A stretch of DNA of 64,000 nucleotides. It comes from the human T2T-CHM13v2.0 reference genome, Homo sapiens. Shown here piece after piece: positions 30,410 through 44,207 of the stretch. A program made the position numbers and the translations under genes. The notes under the pieces are model-generated. The model was not told the origin of the DNA, did not search any database, and saw only the letters and a list, made by a program, of their open reading frames with translations. The first letter of the stretch is position 1; each line of letters starts with the position of its first letter. The stretch lies in NCBI RefSeq assembly GCF_009914755.1, contig NC_060938.1. One strand, given 5' to 3'.

Positions 30410-32635
30410 ACAAACAAGGTCATTCATCATGACCAAGTGGGATTTATCCCTGGGACACAAGAATTGTTCAACATACACAAATCAATCATTGTGATACATC
30501 ATTATCAACAGAATGAATGACAAAAACCGTATGATCATTTCAATTGATGCTGAAAAGCATTTAATAAAATTTAACTTCCCTTCATGATAAAAACCCTCAA
30601 AAAACTCGGCATAAAGGGAATATACCTCAACATAATAAAAGCCATATACAACAGACCCATAACTAGTACCATAATGGGGAGAAACTGAAAGACTTTTCTC
30701 TAAGATCTGGAGCATGGCAAGGAGGCCCACTTTCACCACTGTTATTCAACATAGTGCTGATTACTCTAGGTAGAGTAATCAGACAAGAGAAAGAAATGAC
30801 CAACATCCAAATTAGAAAGGAAGAAATCAATTTATTCTTGTTTGCAGACTATATGGTTCAATATTTGAAAAAATCTAAAGACTCTTCCAAAAAAAAAACT
30901 ACTAGAACTGATAAATTCAGTGAGGTTGCAGGTACAAAGTCAACACACAAATATCAGTATTGTTTCAAAGTCAACACACAAATATCAGTATTGTTTCTAT
31001 ATGCCAACAGTGAGCAATCTGAAAAAGAAATTTAAAAAAGTAATCTCATTTGCAATAGCTACAAATAAAATTAAGTAACAAGAAATTAACCAAAGAAGTA
31101 AAGGATCTCTACAATGCAAACTATAAAACATTGATGAAGGAAATTGAAGAGAACATAAAAAATGGAAAGATATTCTATGTTCATGGATTGGAAGAATAAA
31201 TATTGTTAAAATGTTTATACTATCCAGAGTAATCTATAGATTCAGTGTAATCCCTATCAAAATAACCAGTGACACTCTTCACAGAAATAGAAAAAAGAAT
31301 CTAAAACTTACATGGAATCACAAAAAAACCAGAATAGTCAAAGCTATCCTGAGCAAAAACCTCAAAAGTAGAGGAATCACACTGCCTGAGGAAACTGGAG
31401 GAATCACACTGCCTGACTTCAAATTATATACTACAGAGCTATAGTAACCAAAACAGCATGGTACCGGCATATAGACCATAGACCAATGGAACAGGTGGAG
31501 AACCCAGAAACAAATCTGTTATCTACAGTAAACTCATTTTCAACGAAAGTCACAAACTTACACTGGGGAAAGGAAAGTCTCTTCAATAAATGGTGCTGGG
31601 AAAACTGGATATCCATATGCTCAGGAATTATATTAGACCCCAGCCTCTCACCATATACGCAAATCAAAATGAACTAAAGACTTAAATCTGAGACCTCATA
31701 CTATGAAACTACTAAAAGGAAACATTGGGGAAACTCTCCAGGACACTGGTTTGAGTGGGTAAAGATTTCTTAAGTAATACCCGATAAGCACAGGCAACCA
31801 AAGCAAAAATGGACAAATGGGATCTTATCAAGTTAAAAACCTTCTGCCTGCACAGCAAAGGGAGCAGTCAACAAAGTGAAGAGGCAACACACAGAATGTA
31901 AATTAGTACAACCACTATGAAGAACAGTTTGGGCGTTCCTCATAAAAGTAAAAATTGAACTACCATATGATCCAGCAACCCAGCTGCTGGGTATATAATG
32001 AAAGGAAATCAGTATATTGAAGAAATATTTGCACTTCCATGTTTACTGCAGCCCTTTCCACAATAGCCAGGATTTGAAAGCAACCTAAGCGCCCATCAGC
32101 AGATGAATGAACAAAGAAAATATGTGATACCTATACACAATGGAGTACTATCCAGCCATAAAAAAGAATGAGATCCTGTCATTAGCAACAACATGGATGG
32201 AACTGGAGATCATTATCTTAAGTGAAATAAACCAGGCAAAGAAAGACACACTTGGCATGTTCTTACTTATTTGTGGGAGCTAAAAATTAAAACAAATTGA
32301 ACTCATGGAGATAGAGACTAGAATGATGGTTACCAAAGGCTGGGAAGGGTAGTTGTGGGGGCGGGTAAGGGGACGTGGTTAATGGGTACAAAAAATAGTT
32401 AGAAAGAAAGAATAAGAAAGAAAGAATATCTCACAGCACAGCAGGGTGATAGTCAATAATACATTTAAAAATAACTAAAAGAGTATAATTGGATTGTTTG
32501 TAACACAAAGGATGGCTACCCCATTTACCCTGAGGTGATTTTTCATGCATGGTATGCCTATGTAAAAATACCTTATGTACCCCATAAATATATATACCTA
32601 CTATGTACTCAAAAAAATTAAAAATTAAAGAAAAA
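30410..32635 (+). mobile_element. 5'-truncated L1MA-type element
   Basis: ORF2 RT remnants (HHDQVGFIPG, LFADYMV, LFNKWCWENW) and an L1MA-type 3' UTR with A-rich tail. Confidence 0.85.
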
Positions 32636-32639
32636 CAAT

Positions 32640-33750
32640 GCTAGAAAAATAGAAACTTTTTACTTACCAGCAACCCCGTTAAAGAGGATGAAAGAGAAGC
32701 CATAGACTGAGAGAAATCTTTGCAAATCACATGTCCAACGAAGGCATGTATAGACAATGTATTAAGAACTCTCCAATCTCAATAGTAAGAAACAATCTAA
32801 TTAGAAAATAGGCAAAAGTCTTGTACAGACGGCTATGCAAAAGACATATACAGATGACAAATAAGCACATGAAAAATGTTAAAAAATCATTAGTTATTAG
32901 GGAAATGCAAAAGACATGATGAGATACAATTAGTCACCTGTCAGAATGACTAAAATAAAAAATGCCAAGAATGTGGAACAACCAGCTCTTTCATGCATTG
33001 CTTATGAGAATGTAAAATGGTACAGCCATTCTAGGAAACAGTTTGGTAGTTCTCCATAAACATACCATTACCAATATGATCCAGCAATCACATTCCTGTA
33101 TATCCTAGAGAAAACCCATGTCCACACAGAAACTTGTACACTCATGTGCATAGCATCTTAGTTTGTAATAACCAAAAAGTGGAAACAACCCAAATGTCCT
33201 TCAGTGGGTAAATAAACTGTGATATAATCCACATAATAGAATACTACCTAGTAATAAGAAATGAGCTATTACACACAAGTTGGATGGATCTCAAGAGCAT
33301 TGTGCTGAGTAATAAGGCAATCTCAAAAGATTAACTACTATCTAATTCCATTTATAATGCTCTTAAAGTGACTAAATTATAGTGATGGAGAGCAGTTCAG
33401 CGGGTTCCAGAGATTAAGATTTGGGGAAGAGTGTACCTCTAAATTGGAAGTATAAGGGGTTTCTTTGCTTTGATGGTACAGCTTGTATCCTAATTTTGGT
33501 GGTGGTTGCATGAGTGTATACGTATTATAAAATCTGAGTGCACGTGAAAACTGGTAAAATCTAAAAAAGTCTGTAGTTAATAGTATTGTATAATGTCAAT
33601 TTCCTGATTTTGATAAGGTACTATTGTTAAGTAATATGTTCTCCTTGGGGAAAGCTTTTTGGAAGGTACGCTGTAAGTATAGTAACTCTCTGTACTATTT
33701 TGGCAGTTTATTATGGATCTTAAGTTATTTCAAAATAAAAGTAAAAAAAT
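32640..33750 (+). mobile_element. Old L1M 3' end
   Basis: L1 ORF2 C-terminal and 3' UTR text ending ttcaaaataaaagtaaaaaa. Confidence 0.7.
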
Positions 33751-34227
33751 ACAGTGTTAAAAATATTTGAGGAGTAAAGAATAAAATGAACTGGTTACAG
33801 TACTGTTCATTGAGGTGGTTTGAGAAAGGTGATCTTGAGGTGTTTTTTGTTTTTTGTTTTGTTTTTTTTTCATTAAAAAAACAATAATAGCTGGGGATTC
33901 CAGAGAAATTCATGCTCAGCTAACAGTGTATTTTTCATGTATGGCTGGCTGCATGGAGAAATGAGACAAAGACTCCGTCTTCGAGAAGAGGTATCCAGAT
34001 TTGAAATCTAGTCTAATTGTTGTTGATGGTTTGGTTTTAAAGCCAGTGAATAGACAAGTGCTGTAAGTACCAGTACTACCCAGAAGAATGGTACTTTGCA
34101 GAATGGAAAAACCAGCAAAACTGTGTAACTTAAAACTCTGACTTTTATTTAAAACGAAACATTTGGAGCAGCTTTTGCACAGGAACAGTTTCAACCATTG
34201 TTTTCCTTTTGCAAGTACTTCATCTTT

Positions 34228-34262
34228 TACACTTGATCTTAGCCAAAAGGCCGAGAACTGAT
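34228..34262 (-). pseudogene. Tailless 5' fragment (~35 nt) of U2 snRNA (retropseudogene)
   Basis: Reverse complement ATCAGTTCTCGGCCTTTTGGCTAAGATCAAGTGTA versus U2 ATCGCTTCTCGGCCTTTTGGCTAAGATCAAGTGTA (2 mismatches). TSD acttcatcttt / actttatcttt. Confidence 0.92.
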
Positions 34263-34314
34263 ACTTTATCTTTTTACTCCTGTGTAGTAAGACAGGGCTA
34301 ACTATTCATAGGCA

Positions 34315-34467
34315 TGCTTTTTACTCCTTTTCCCTTTCCACCCTCTTCCTCTTCCCCTTTCTGTCCTCTTCTCTCGTCCGCCTTTCTTCCCCTCTGTTCT
34401 CCTCCCAACTCCCCTTTTTTCTATCTTATTTCCTCCTCTCCTCTTTTCTCTTCTCACTCCCTTTTTG
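34315..34467. repeat. CT-rich low-complexity tract
   Basis: About 150 nt of nearly pure pyrimidine on the + strand. Confidence 0.85.
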
Positions 34468-36798
34468 AAAAGAGTACCTGTCATATTTTTGAGGAAAGAG
34501 ACCGTAATGAATTCTGTCAACTAAAATGATGACGGAGGACCTTTCTAAAATTCAATCTTAATTTTGTAAGCATGCTCTTTATAACCTCAACAGTTAAATT
34601 GATTCTGAGACCTGGGAATTAGGGTATAAACTTACAGAGAAAAGTTGAGGTGCTTGAGAAGATACATTTTCTGTGCATTTATATAGGATTGTCAGATTCT
34701 GGCTCCTCATGTAACTCAACTTCTGTATCCTTGGAGGTAGTTTTATTTACATTATATTCTTGAATGAGAATATGCATCATTAATTATCTGCCTTTCCTTT
34801 GTGGCCCTTCTGATGGCAGAAAAATATTACCAAGGTTATTCTAGCATGCAAGTCTCTTGAAACTAAGTTGAGGGTTTTCTAGAGACCACCTGGAACTCCC
34901 AGAGGTAACAGAATACTGTCTTGAAAGCCTCAGTGGAAGAAATGCCCCACATTTGCTTGTTGCTTTCTATTGGATTTATGGAATTTCCATCTTTTAAAAA
35001 TGACTTTAAAGCATTTAATAGAGACTTTCAGGTAAAGAGCAAAAGTTTTTAAAATGTATTATTTAAAGTAAGCTAAATGTGGCTTTACTTACCAAGATAA
35101 GCTTTCCTCTTCTATGACCATATAGTAACTATCTGCCTTTGCTGCAGTCTTTCAGTCTATAAACTCTGTATCTTGGTATCTTTCCTCCCTTTAGTTTCTA
35201 CTCTTAGATTTTACAGAATACCCATAGGGAAATTGATTTCCTGAAGCACTTGGTAAACTACTTGGGCCTGAGCTATTGTGTTGTCCTTACTACTTGGTAC
35301 AGATTAGATTGTTCTTTGCTAGAGGGGTGGAAAGGATGCCTTAGTACAGTCTTAACTTTGCTATGGAAATATTCTTGTTTAATATGTTAAGGGACAATAA
35401 TTTCTGGTCTTGGCTTTTAAAAGTGAGCATGCTTTTTAATTGCCTCTTTCATGGTTATTAACTGAGTCTTCATTTTAATTACCACAATGGAGTACTTCAG
35501 TTCTCTTATTTGCTTCATTACCTTTTCTCCTTGGTTTTGAAAATAATGTTAGAGAAATAAAATCAGATTGTTTCTAATATAATGAAATGCTTTCACTACA
35601 CTATTAATGAATTCGTTCTTCATTACCAGCACAAAGCTAGATATTGCAAATCTTTTTAAACAAATAAAAACTGTTTAGTCTTCTGATTAGAGCAGACAAA
35701 GAGCACAGTAAAATTTAACTCACCTGGCCTGATCCCTTTTTTTGGTTTTTACTGAGCTGTCTTCACTGGAAATAGGAGCTATCTTTGACTTAACTCCTTC
35801 CAATAGAAGGAATTTCTTAGGGAGGAGCTGGAAGGATCTCCTGGGGTTCTGATTCTTAATTTTCAGTTTACAGAAATAGCCAGATAGGTGTTTTGAGCCT
35901 GGACTTCTTGCTGCATCTTGTATTGAAGACATCATGGTGAAATCGATAAGGGCAGTGGACAGTGGATCAAGAGCCCTGAACAGGTCTCTTGAACCTGAAC
36001 AGATTTGCCACCTGTTAATTTATTTTTATGACTATGGACTTGACATCACCTTTGTCTCTGTAGATGTAATTCAGTTGAACTAATGGTTATTGAGCATTTA
36101 CTGTTTGCAAAAGGCAGCTGGAGATATTATGTCCAGTTTATATTTACTAAATGTTTTCTTTGTTGTTAATTTAGCCTTTTTCTGCAATGTTTTTGGTCAG
36201 TAGTAACTCTGGGCAGGTGAGGGCAATTACATTGTGGCTGGAAAATTTGTACTCTGAAGTTGCTTTTATTGGTGTGTAGGAAAAATCTTTATTAAAAGTC
36301 ATAGAAAAAAATCATTTAATTTATAAGCCACAAAATCAGTACTATTTTGTAATATGTTGTAATTCACATTGCTACTAATTTACTAAGTGGAGTCAGTGGA
36401 AACCCATAAATCCTAGTAGTAGTGCCTAAGTAGTAGAAGAACGCCTATGGTTTACTAGTTGATTGAAAATTGTTCTTTTTTTGCAAAGTGGAAATTAACC
36501 TGGTGTGCTAATTTGAAATATGTCTAACAGTGACTATTTTTATATTTTAACCTAAGTAAAATATCTCAGCGTTATGATGGTGTGTTTACTGAATTAGTAA
36601 TCATTTATTTCTAAGGACTGCTGCTTTCCTTCAAATACCATTTTGGTTAGAGGCTTATTGATTCAAGTATTGTTCCTAATTGTTGATTTACAGGGCAGAG
36701 AGAGCAAATACAGCTTTCAGCTCTGTTGAAGCAGGGTCATTCTTGGAAACTAATAGTGTCAGATGAAATGCCTCAGATAGTGTAAAAGAAAATAATTG

Positions 36799-37070
36799 GG
36801 CCAGGAGTGGTGGCTCATGCCTGTAATCCCAGCACTTTGGGAGCCTGACGTGGGAGAATGGCTTAAGCTCACAGGTTCGGATCAGCCTGGGCAACATGGG
36901 AAAACCCATCTCTACAAAAAACTAAAAAAGTTAGCTGGGCTACTTGGGGGGATGAGGTGGGAGGATGGCTTGAGCCCAGGAGGTTGAGGTTGTGGTGAAC
37001 TGTGATTGCACCACTGCACTCCGGCCTGAGCAATAGAGCCAGACCTTGTCTCAAAAATAATAATAATAAT
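36799..37070 (+). mobile_element. AluJ-like element with internal deletions
   Basis: Diverged dimer with an (AAT)n tail. Confidence 0.88.
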
Positions 37071-40000
37071 TGAAGAAAATAAAAAGGGACCTGAATTCAG
37101 AAGAATCCTGTTATATCTTAAATCCTTATTTCTTGATTTATATGTACTATGATGACAGCTTTGCTGATGAATTATAATTACAAAAATGTTACATAATGTT
37201 GTTAGCATATAAAGACTCGTGATTGAGCTACCTTGCAACACTAATACTCAAAAAGAACACACACATACAAAAAACTGGATTTATTCAGTGTGAAATAATG
37301 TCTCTTGAAATTATGAGAATAAATAAGTATGTTCAAATTAATTTTGTGCATACACCAGCTCATTTATTTAGCCTCATAGTAGCTCTGAGAAAGAAGGGCG
37401 AGTGAACAGGGAGAGGTTGTGTAGGGAGGTAATTTTTGTGTCTATTTTAAACTAACCAATTGAAACCAAATCACACAACTGAGTTCATAACAGAACCTTC
37501 ACTGGACCAAAATCATATCTTTAACCTCTCTATCCAAGCTCTTTCATTAGAGAATGTTGTCTTAAGTAATTTTCACAGATTTACCTTGTATTTCTAAAAC
37601 TTGAATTATCATTATTGCAAGGAGCTAGAATATATCTGCCTATTAGTGAGTCTGACTTTTAAGTAGATCCCATATATAAAAATCTCATATTATAAAATAT
37701 AATTTATTATGTTTATAGTTTAGAGTAAAGCTTCTTTTAGTAATGAGACCCTTCTATATATCTTGCTCATGGATATGACACATTTTCTAGTCTTTTGCAG
37801 GCATCAACTGGATAGTATAAAACTAGGATCAGTGGTAACTGACAAGAGCTATTTGGTAAGAAATTTGAAAATTACAAAACTATGGCTCTGTATCCCTTTT
37901 ATAGAGTCCCATAAATCTCTTTATATTTGTTGCTATTCTGGAACTATGCTGAATAACAAAGGCTTAGCTCAGAAGAGGGGTTTTCTATGAAGTTCTTTTC
38001 ATCAGAATAAATTCCTGTTCATTTCAGAGTTGTTGCTTTATTTTTTTTTTCTAGATACGTACTCTGATAAACCTAATCTTGTGTTAGGAACATAAATACC
38101 TTTTCTGTTCTTTAGTGTCCTCTGCCTTTTTCTGGAACTTTTATGAGCAAGTTATTTTGAATTTTCCAGACTTTTAAGTATTATTTGGACAAAAAAATTG
38201 GGCTATGGCTCTGAGCTTTTTCAGTGTTTAATTTACTGTTATCAGTACAGTCATTCATTTTCTCGTATCACCCTTCAAGTCTTCCATTGATTACCTTATA
38301 TGTATAGACCTTTCTCATTTCAGAATCAAGCATAATGGATTTTCCCTCTTTCTTTATGTCCTCTATGACATAAACAGAAAAGAATTAATATAGTCTATCT
38401 TCAGCTTGATTTGAGATATACTAAGCATCATTCATTAAGCCGCTTGTACAGATTGCCCTTTTAGGTCTCAGCTCTTGTGCTCAAAGCTTTAGGTTCTAGT
38501 CAAACTCTGTTCTCAACACAGTGAATATACTTTCTTAAATGCAGATGTGAGTCTTCTTTTAAATAGAAAATCTATAGTTTCCAAACTAAAGGTCAGATGT
38601 TTCAATTATTATGTTCCTTCACTCTTTTTTTCCTTAAAAAAGAAGAAGAAGACTAACATAAGATGTAATAGTAGGGGAAATTGGGTGTTAGGTATATGGG
38701 GATTCTCTGTACTATCTTTGCAGTAATTCAGTACATCTAAAAACTGTTCTAAAAGAAAAGGTTTATTGAAGAAGATATGAGGGACATTTTCTTTTTCATT
38801 CATATGAATTTTAGTGATATTCAGGTACTCTATTTCTCATGAAAATCTGACAAATGTCACTGTTGTTTGTCCGTACTTTTGATCAACTGAGTCAATAATA
38901 AACCTTTGAATCAGTTCGAGAATATTATTTATTCCCAGGATCCTTATATAATATTGTACAGAAATTAAATGATACAGATCTCCCATTCCCACATGATACC
39001 ACACTCCTCTGTTTCTCTCAGATCTTTTGTGGCTATAGCAACAAGTGTGAGAATGCTTATTGCTTTAGGAGTCTGCCATGAGTTCACATTTTCAAAGAAT
39101 CAGCAACTCTACTACTTGATTGTGGAAACAATATTGACCAAATCTTGCTGAATTTTATCAGGGTTCTCTCAGATTCAAAAAGGCTCTTAACTCTTCCTAA
39201 GGTACTTGATGGTATGGGTTCTGCTTTGATCTAAAAAAAGACCAGCTTGCTGTGACACATTTGAATATGAAAGGTACTTCTTCTGGAGGTAACTTGTAGT
39301 TTCCCTTCTCAGTCTTTCCTTTGGAATCATTTTATAGACTGCAGCTTTTGTTTCTAGGGCTCTGCTTGACAGGACAGATAATATCCCTGGAAAATAGTTT
39401 TAGAGTTGATGTTTGGTGACTGCATTATTCAAGGCTCATATAAATTGAGAACTGGTTACATTGCCTCTTGCTATGTAGGATAAAAGCTTCTGTTCTTGGA
39501 ATTACCCGTCCTCTCTCTTGTAGACAAAATAGCTAGGAAAACTGCTCAGACTGATTTTGTTATATGAAGAACTAAGATGCCTAGGAATAATTTAGCAATA
39601 GCTCATCCAAATTAAAGCAGAGTTGAACTTTAGAATGGAAAAAAAAAAAGAAATTATCATGTTAGCTAAACATTTGCTGTCTGGATCTCCCAGTTAAAAA
39701 GTGGCATAATACTTCTCAAGTTAGCCAGTATAGAACATGTTCCACATTCAGTTGTGAAAATGGCTGGTAGCTATTATCAAGTATGATTTTTTAAATGTTC
39801 CATGCCTGATATTTTGTAATTGTTGAATTCAGATATCCCTCTACTCAGTGGCTTTTACTTCATAATGAAAAAGTAGATTTGGTTGTAATATATAAAATTG
39901 TGAAGATAGATGGAATTAATAGAGAAATTAGAGTTTTTCTTTTAAGATAATTTGAGTTTCATCATAGAAGGTAAGCTCAGAATGCTGAAATGCTGCTGGA

Positions 40001-40136
40001 ATAAATGAACTGTTTTACTTTTTTCATAAAGATATTGATGTATGCAACTTTGAATTCAGAGATGATTCCATTTGCATGTTCTGAGTGATGAATAAGTGAA
40101 AGAAATAAAAGACTGAGGAATAAAGAAGTGAAAGAA

Positions 40137-40783
40137 AGAACTTATACACTGCTGGTGGGAGTGTAAATTAGTTCAGCCATTGTAGAAAGCAGTGTGGAAA
40201 TTACTCGAAGAACTTTTACTACCATTTGACCCAGCAGTCCCATTACTGGATATATACACAAAGGAATATAAATCATTCTACCGTAAAGATACATGTATGC
40301 ATATGTTCATTGCAGCACTATTCACGGTAGCAAAGACATGGAATCAACCTAAATGCCCATCAGTGGTAGAATGGCTAAAGAAAGTGTCATACATATACAC
40401 CATGGAATACTGTGCAACCATAAAAAAGAATGAGGTCATCTCCTTTGCAGGGACATGGATGGAGCTGGAGGCCATTATCCTTAGCAAACTAATGCAGAAA
40501 CAGAAAACCAAATACTGCATGTTCTCACTTATAAGTGGGAGCTAAATGAAGAGAACACATGGACACAGATGGGCACCACAGACACTGGGGCCTATCGGAG
40601 GGTGGACAATGGGAGGAGGGAGAGGATCAGGAAAAGTAACTAATGAGTACTAGACTTAAAACCTGAGTGAGTAAATAAAGTGTACAACAAACCCCCATGA
40701 CACAAGTTAACCTGTATACAAACCTACACGTGTACCCTTAAACTTAAAATTTAAAAAAAAAACAAAATGCAATGTTAAAAAAG
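40137..40783 (+). mobile_element. 5'-truncated L1PA 3' fragment
   Basis: ORF2 C-terminus (ORF 40192..40545, ends FSLISGS), 3' UTR, poly(A); 13-bp TSD agaagtgaaagaa (40124-40136 / 40784-40796). Confidence 0.9.
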
Positions 40784-41007
40784 AGAAGTGAAAGAATTTT
40801 TTAAATGTAACTGCTTAATTTCACATTGTTTACAGTTCTTCTCAAGTAAGCTTCTTTTCACTGCAATCTCCTTAAATATGTACATACGGTTTTCTTTGGA
40901 TTCACTGAAATCCAATCCAGCAGGATTCTTTCCTGAATAAGAAACGTACTGGATCAGTCCTGACCTATTTTATGATTTTTGGTACTTGTCACCTGTAAAG
41001 AGAAGTT

Positions 41008-43848
41008 AAGGGAACATCACCACCAACCCCACAGAAATACAAAAATACCATCAGAGACTATGTTCATAACACTCTGTGAACACAAATTAGAAAACCTACA
41101 AGAAAAAGATAAATTCCTGGAAACATACAACCTCCCAAGACTGAACCGGGAAGAAATTCATACCCTGAACAGACCAATAACAAGTTCTGAAATTGAATCA
41201 GTAATAAAAAGCCTGCCATCCAGAAAAGTCCCAGGACCAGATAGCTAAATTCTGCCATACGTATAAGAAGACCTGGCACCATTCCTACTGAAACTATTCC
41301 AAAAAATTGAGGAGGAGAGACTCCTCCCTAACTCATTCTGTGAGGGCAGCATCATTCTGATACCAAAACCTGGGAAAGACACAAGAACAAAAAGAAAACA
41401 TCAGTCCAATATCCTTGATGAACATAGATGCAAAAATCCTCAACAAAATAATAGCAAGCCAAATCCAGCAGCATATCAAAAAGTTAATTCACCGCGATCA
41501 AATAGGCTTTATCCCTGGGATGCAAGATTGGTTCAACATACACAAATCCATAAATGTGATTCATCACATAGGCAGAACTAAAAACAAAAAAATTATCTCA
41601 ATAGATGCAGAAAAGGCTTTCAATAAAATTCAGACTCTCTTCATGTTAAAAATCCTCAACAGACTAGCCATCGAAGGAACATACCTATAAATAGTAAGAC
41701 CTACCTGTGACAGACCCACAGACAACATCATACTGAGTGGACAAAAGCTGGAAGCCTTCCCCTTGAGAACCAGAACAAGACAAGGATGCCCACTCTCACC
41801 ATTGCTGTTCAACATAGTTCTAAAAGTCCTAGCCAGAGCAGACAGGCAGGCAAGAGAAAAAAATTAAAGGCATCCAAATAGGAAGAAAGGAAGTCAAACT
41901 ACCTCTCTTTGCAGGCAATATGATCCTAAACCTAGAAAATCCCATATTCCCTACCCAAAAGCTCCTAGATCTGACAAACAACTTCAGCAAAGTTTCATGC
42001 TACAAAATCAGTGTACAAAAATCAGTAGCATTTCTATACATCAGTAATATCCAAGGTGAGAGCTCAATCAAGAATGCAATCCTAGTCAAAATTGCCACAA
42101 AAAGAATAAAATACCTAAGAATACTGCTAACTAGGGAGGTGCAAGATCTCTACAAGGGGAATTACAAAACACTGCTCAAAGAAATCAGAGATGACACAAA
42201 CAAATGGAAAAACACTCCAGGCTCATGGGTAGGAAGAATCAGTATCATTAAAATGGCCATAGTGCCCAAAGCAATCTACAGATTCTATGCTATTCCCATC
42301 AAACTACCGATGACATTCTTCACAGAACTAGAAAAAACTGATTTAAAATTCATACAGAATCAGAAAAAAGCCTGAATAGCCAAAGCCATCCTAAGCAAAA
42401 AGAACAAAGCTGGAAGCACCGCATTACCCGAATTCAAACTATACTGCAAGGCTGCAGTAACCATGGTATGGGTACCAAACACCATGGTACCCATACCATG
42501 TATCACCATACCAAACAGCATGGTACTGGTACAAAAACAGACATATAGACCAGTGGTACAGAATGGAGAGTCCAGAAATAAAGTCATATACCTACAACTT
42601 TCTAATCTTTGACAAAGCTGACAAAAACAAGCCAAGGAGAAAGGACTCCCTATTCAATAAATTGTGCTGGGATAACTGGTTAGCTATATGCATAAGATTG
42701 AAACTGGACCCCTTCCTTTCACTATATACAAAAATTAAGTCAAGATAGATAAAAGACTTAAATGTAAAACCTAAAACCATAAAAACTCTAGAAGAAAACC
42801 TAGGGAATACCATTGTGGATATAGGCCCTGGCAAAGATTGCATGATGAAGACGCCAAAAGCAGTTGCAACAGAAACAAAAATTGGCAAACAGAACCTAAT
42901 TAAAGAGCTTCTGAACAGCAAAAGCAATTATCAACAGAGTAAACAGACAGCCAACAGAATGGGAGAAAATATTTGCAAGCTATGAAAGGTCTAATATCCA
43001 GAATCTATAAGGAACTTAACAAGGAAAAAGCAACCTTATTAAAAAGGCAAACACTTTTCAAAAGACAGACTCTTTTCAAAAGACATATACACAGTCAATA
43101 CGTATCAAACATCACTAATCATTAGAGAAATGCAAATCAAAATCACAGTGATATACCATCAGAATGAGGCAACAGAATGCTGTTATTAAAAAGTCCAAAA
43201 ATAACATGCTGGTGAGGCTGCAGAGAAAAGGGGCATTTATACATTGCCAGTGGAAATGTAAATTAGTTCAACCATTGGAAAGTGGTTTGGCAGTTTCTCA
43301 AAGAACTTAGAGAGCTACTATTTGACCCCGCAATCCCGTTTTTGGGTATATAACCAAAGGAATATAAATCATTCTGCTATAAAGACACATGCAATTAACA
43401 TGTTTATCAGAGCACTATTTGCAATTGCAAAGACATGGAATAAACCTAGATGCCCATCAGTGGTAGACTGAAAAAAGAAAATGTGGCACATATATATCAT
43501 GGAATAGTATGAAGCCATAAAAAAGAATGAGATCATGTCCTTTGCAGCAACATGGATGGAGCTGGAGGCCATTACCCTAAGCAAACTAATGCAGGAACAG
43601 AAAACCAAACACTTCATGTTCTTATTAAAAGTGGGAGCTAAACATTGAGTACATATAGACACAAATAAGAGAATAGTAGACACTGGGGCCTACTTGAGGG
43701 TGAAAGGTGGGAGGAGGGTGAAGATCAAAAAGCTGCATATCACTTACTATGCTGATTACTTGGGGTGTATACCAAACCCCACGACACACAATTTATCTAT
43801 AGAACAAACCTGCATGTGTACCCCTGAAGATGAAAGATTAAAAAAAAA
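41008..43848 (+). mobile_element. 5'-truncated older L1PA (~2.8 kb), sense to FUT8
   Basis: ORF2 fragments in ORFs 40979..41248, 41415..41690, 41920..42375 and 42563..42748; TSD aaagagaagtt (40997-41007) / aaagagcagtt (43849-43859). Confidence 0.92.
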
Positions 43849-43907
43849 AAAGAGCAGTTGACCTCTCTGTACAACTTATCTTTATTTTCATTTCTCTTTC
43901 TCCCTGA

Positions 43908-44207
<300 letters not shown>

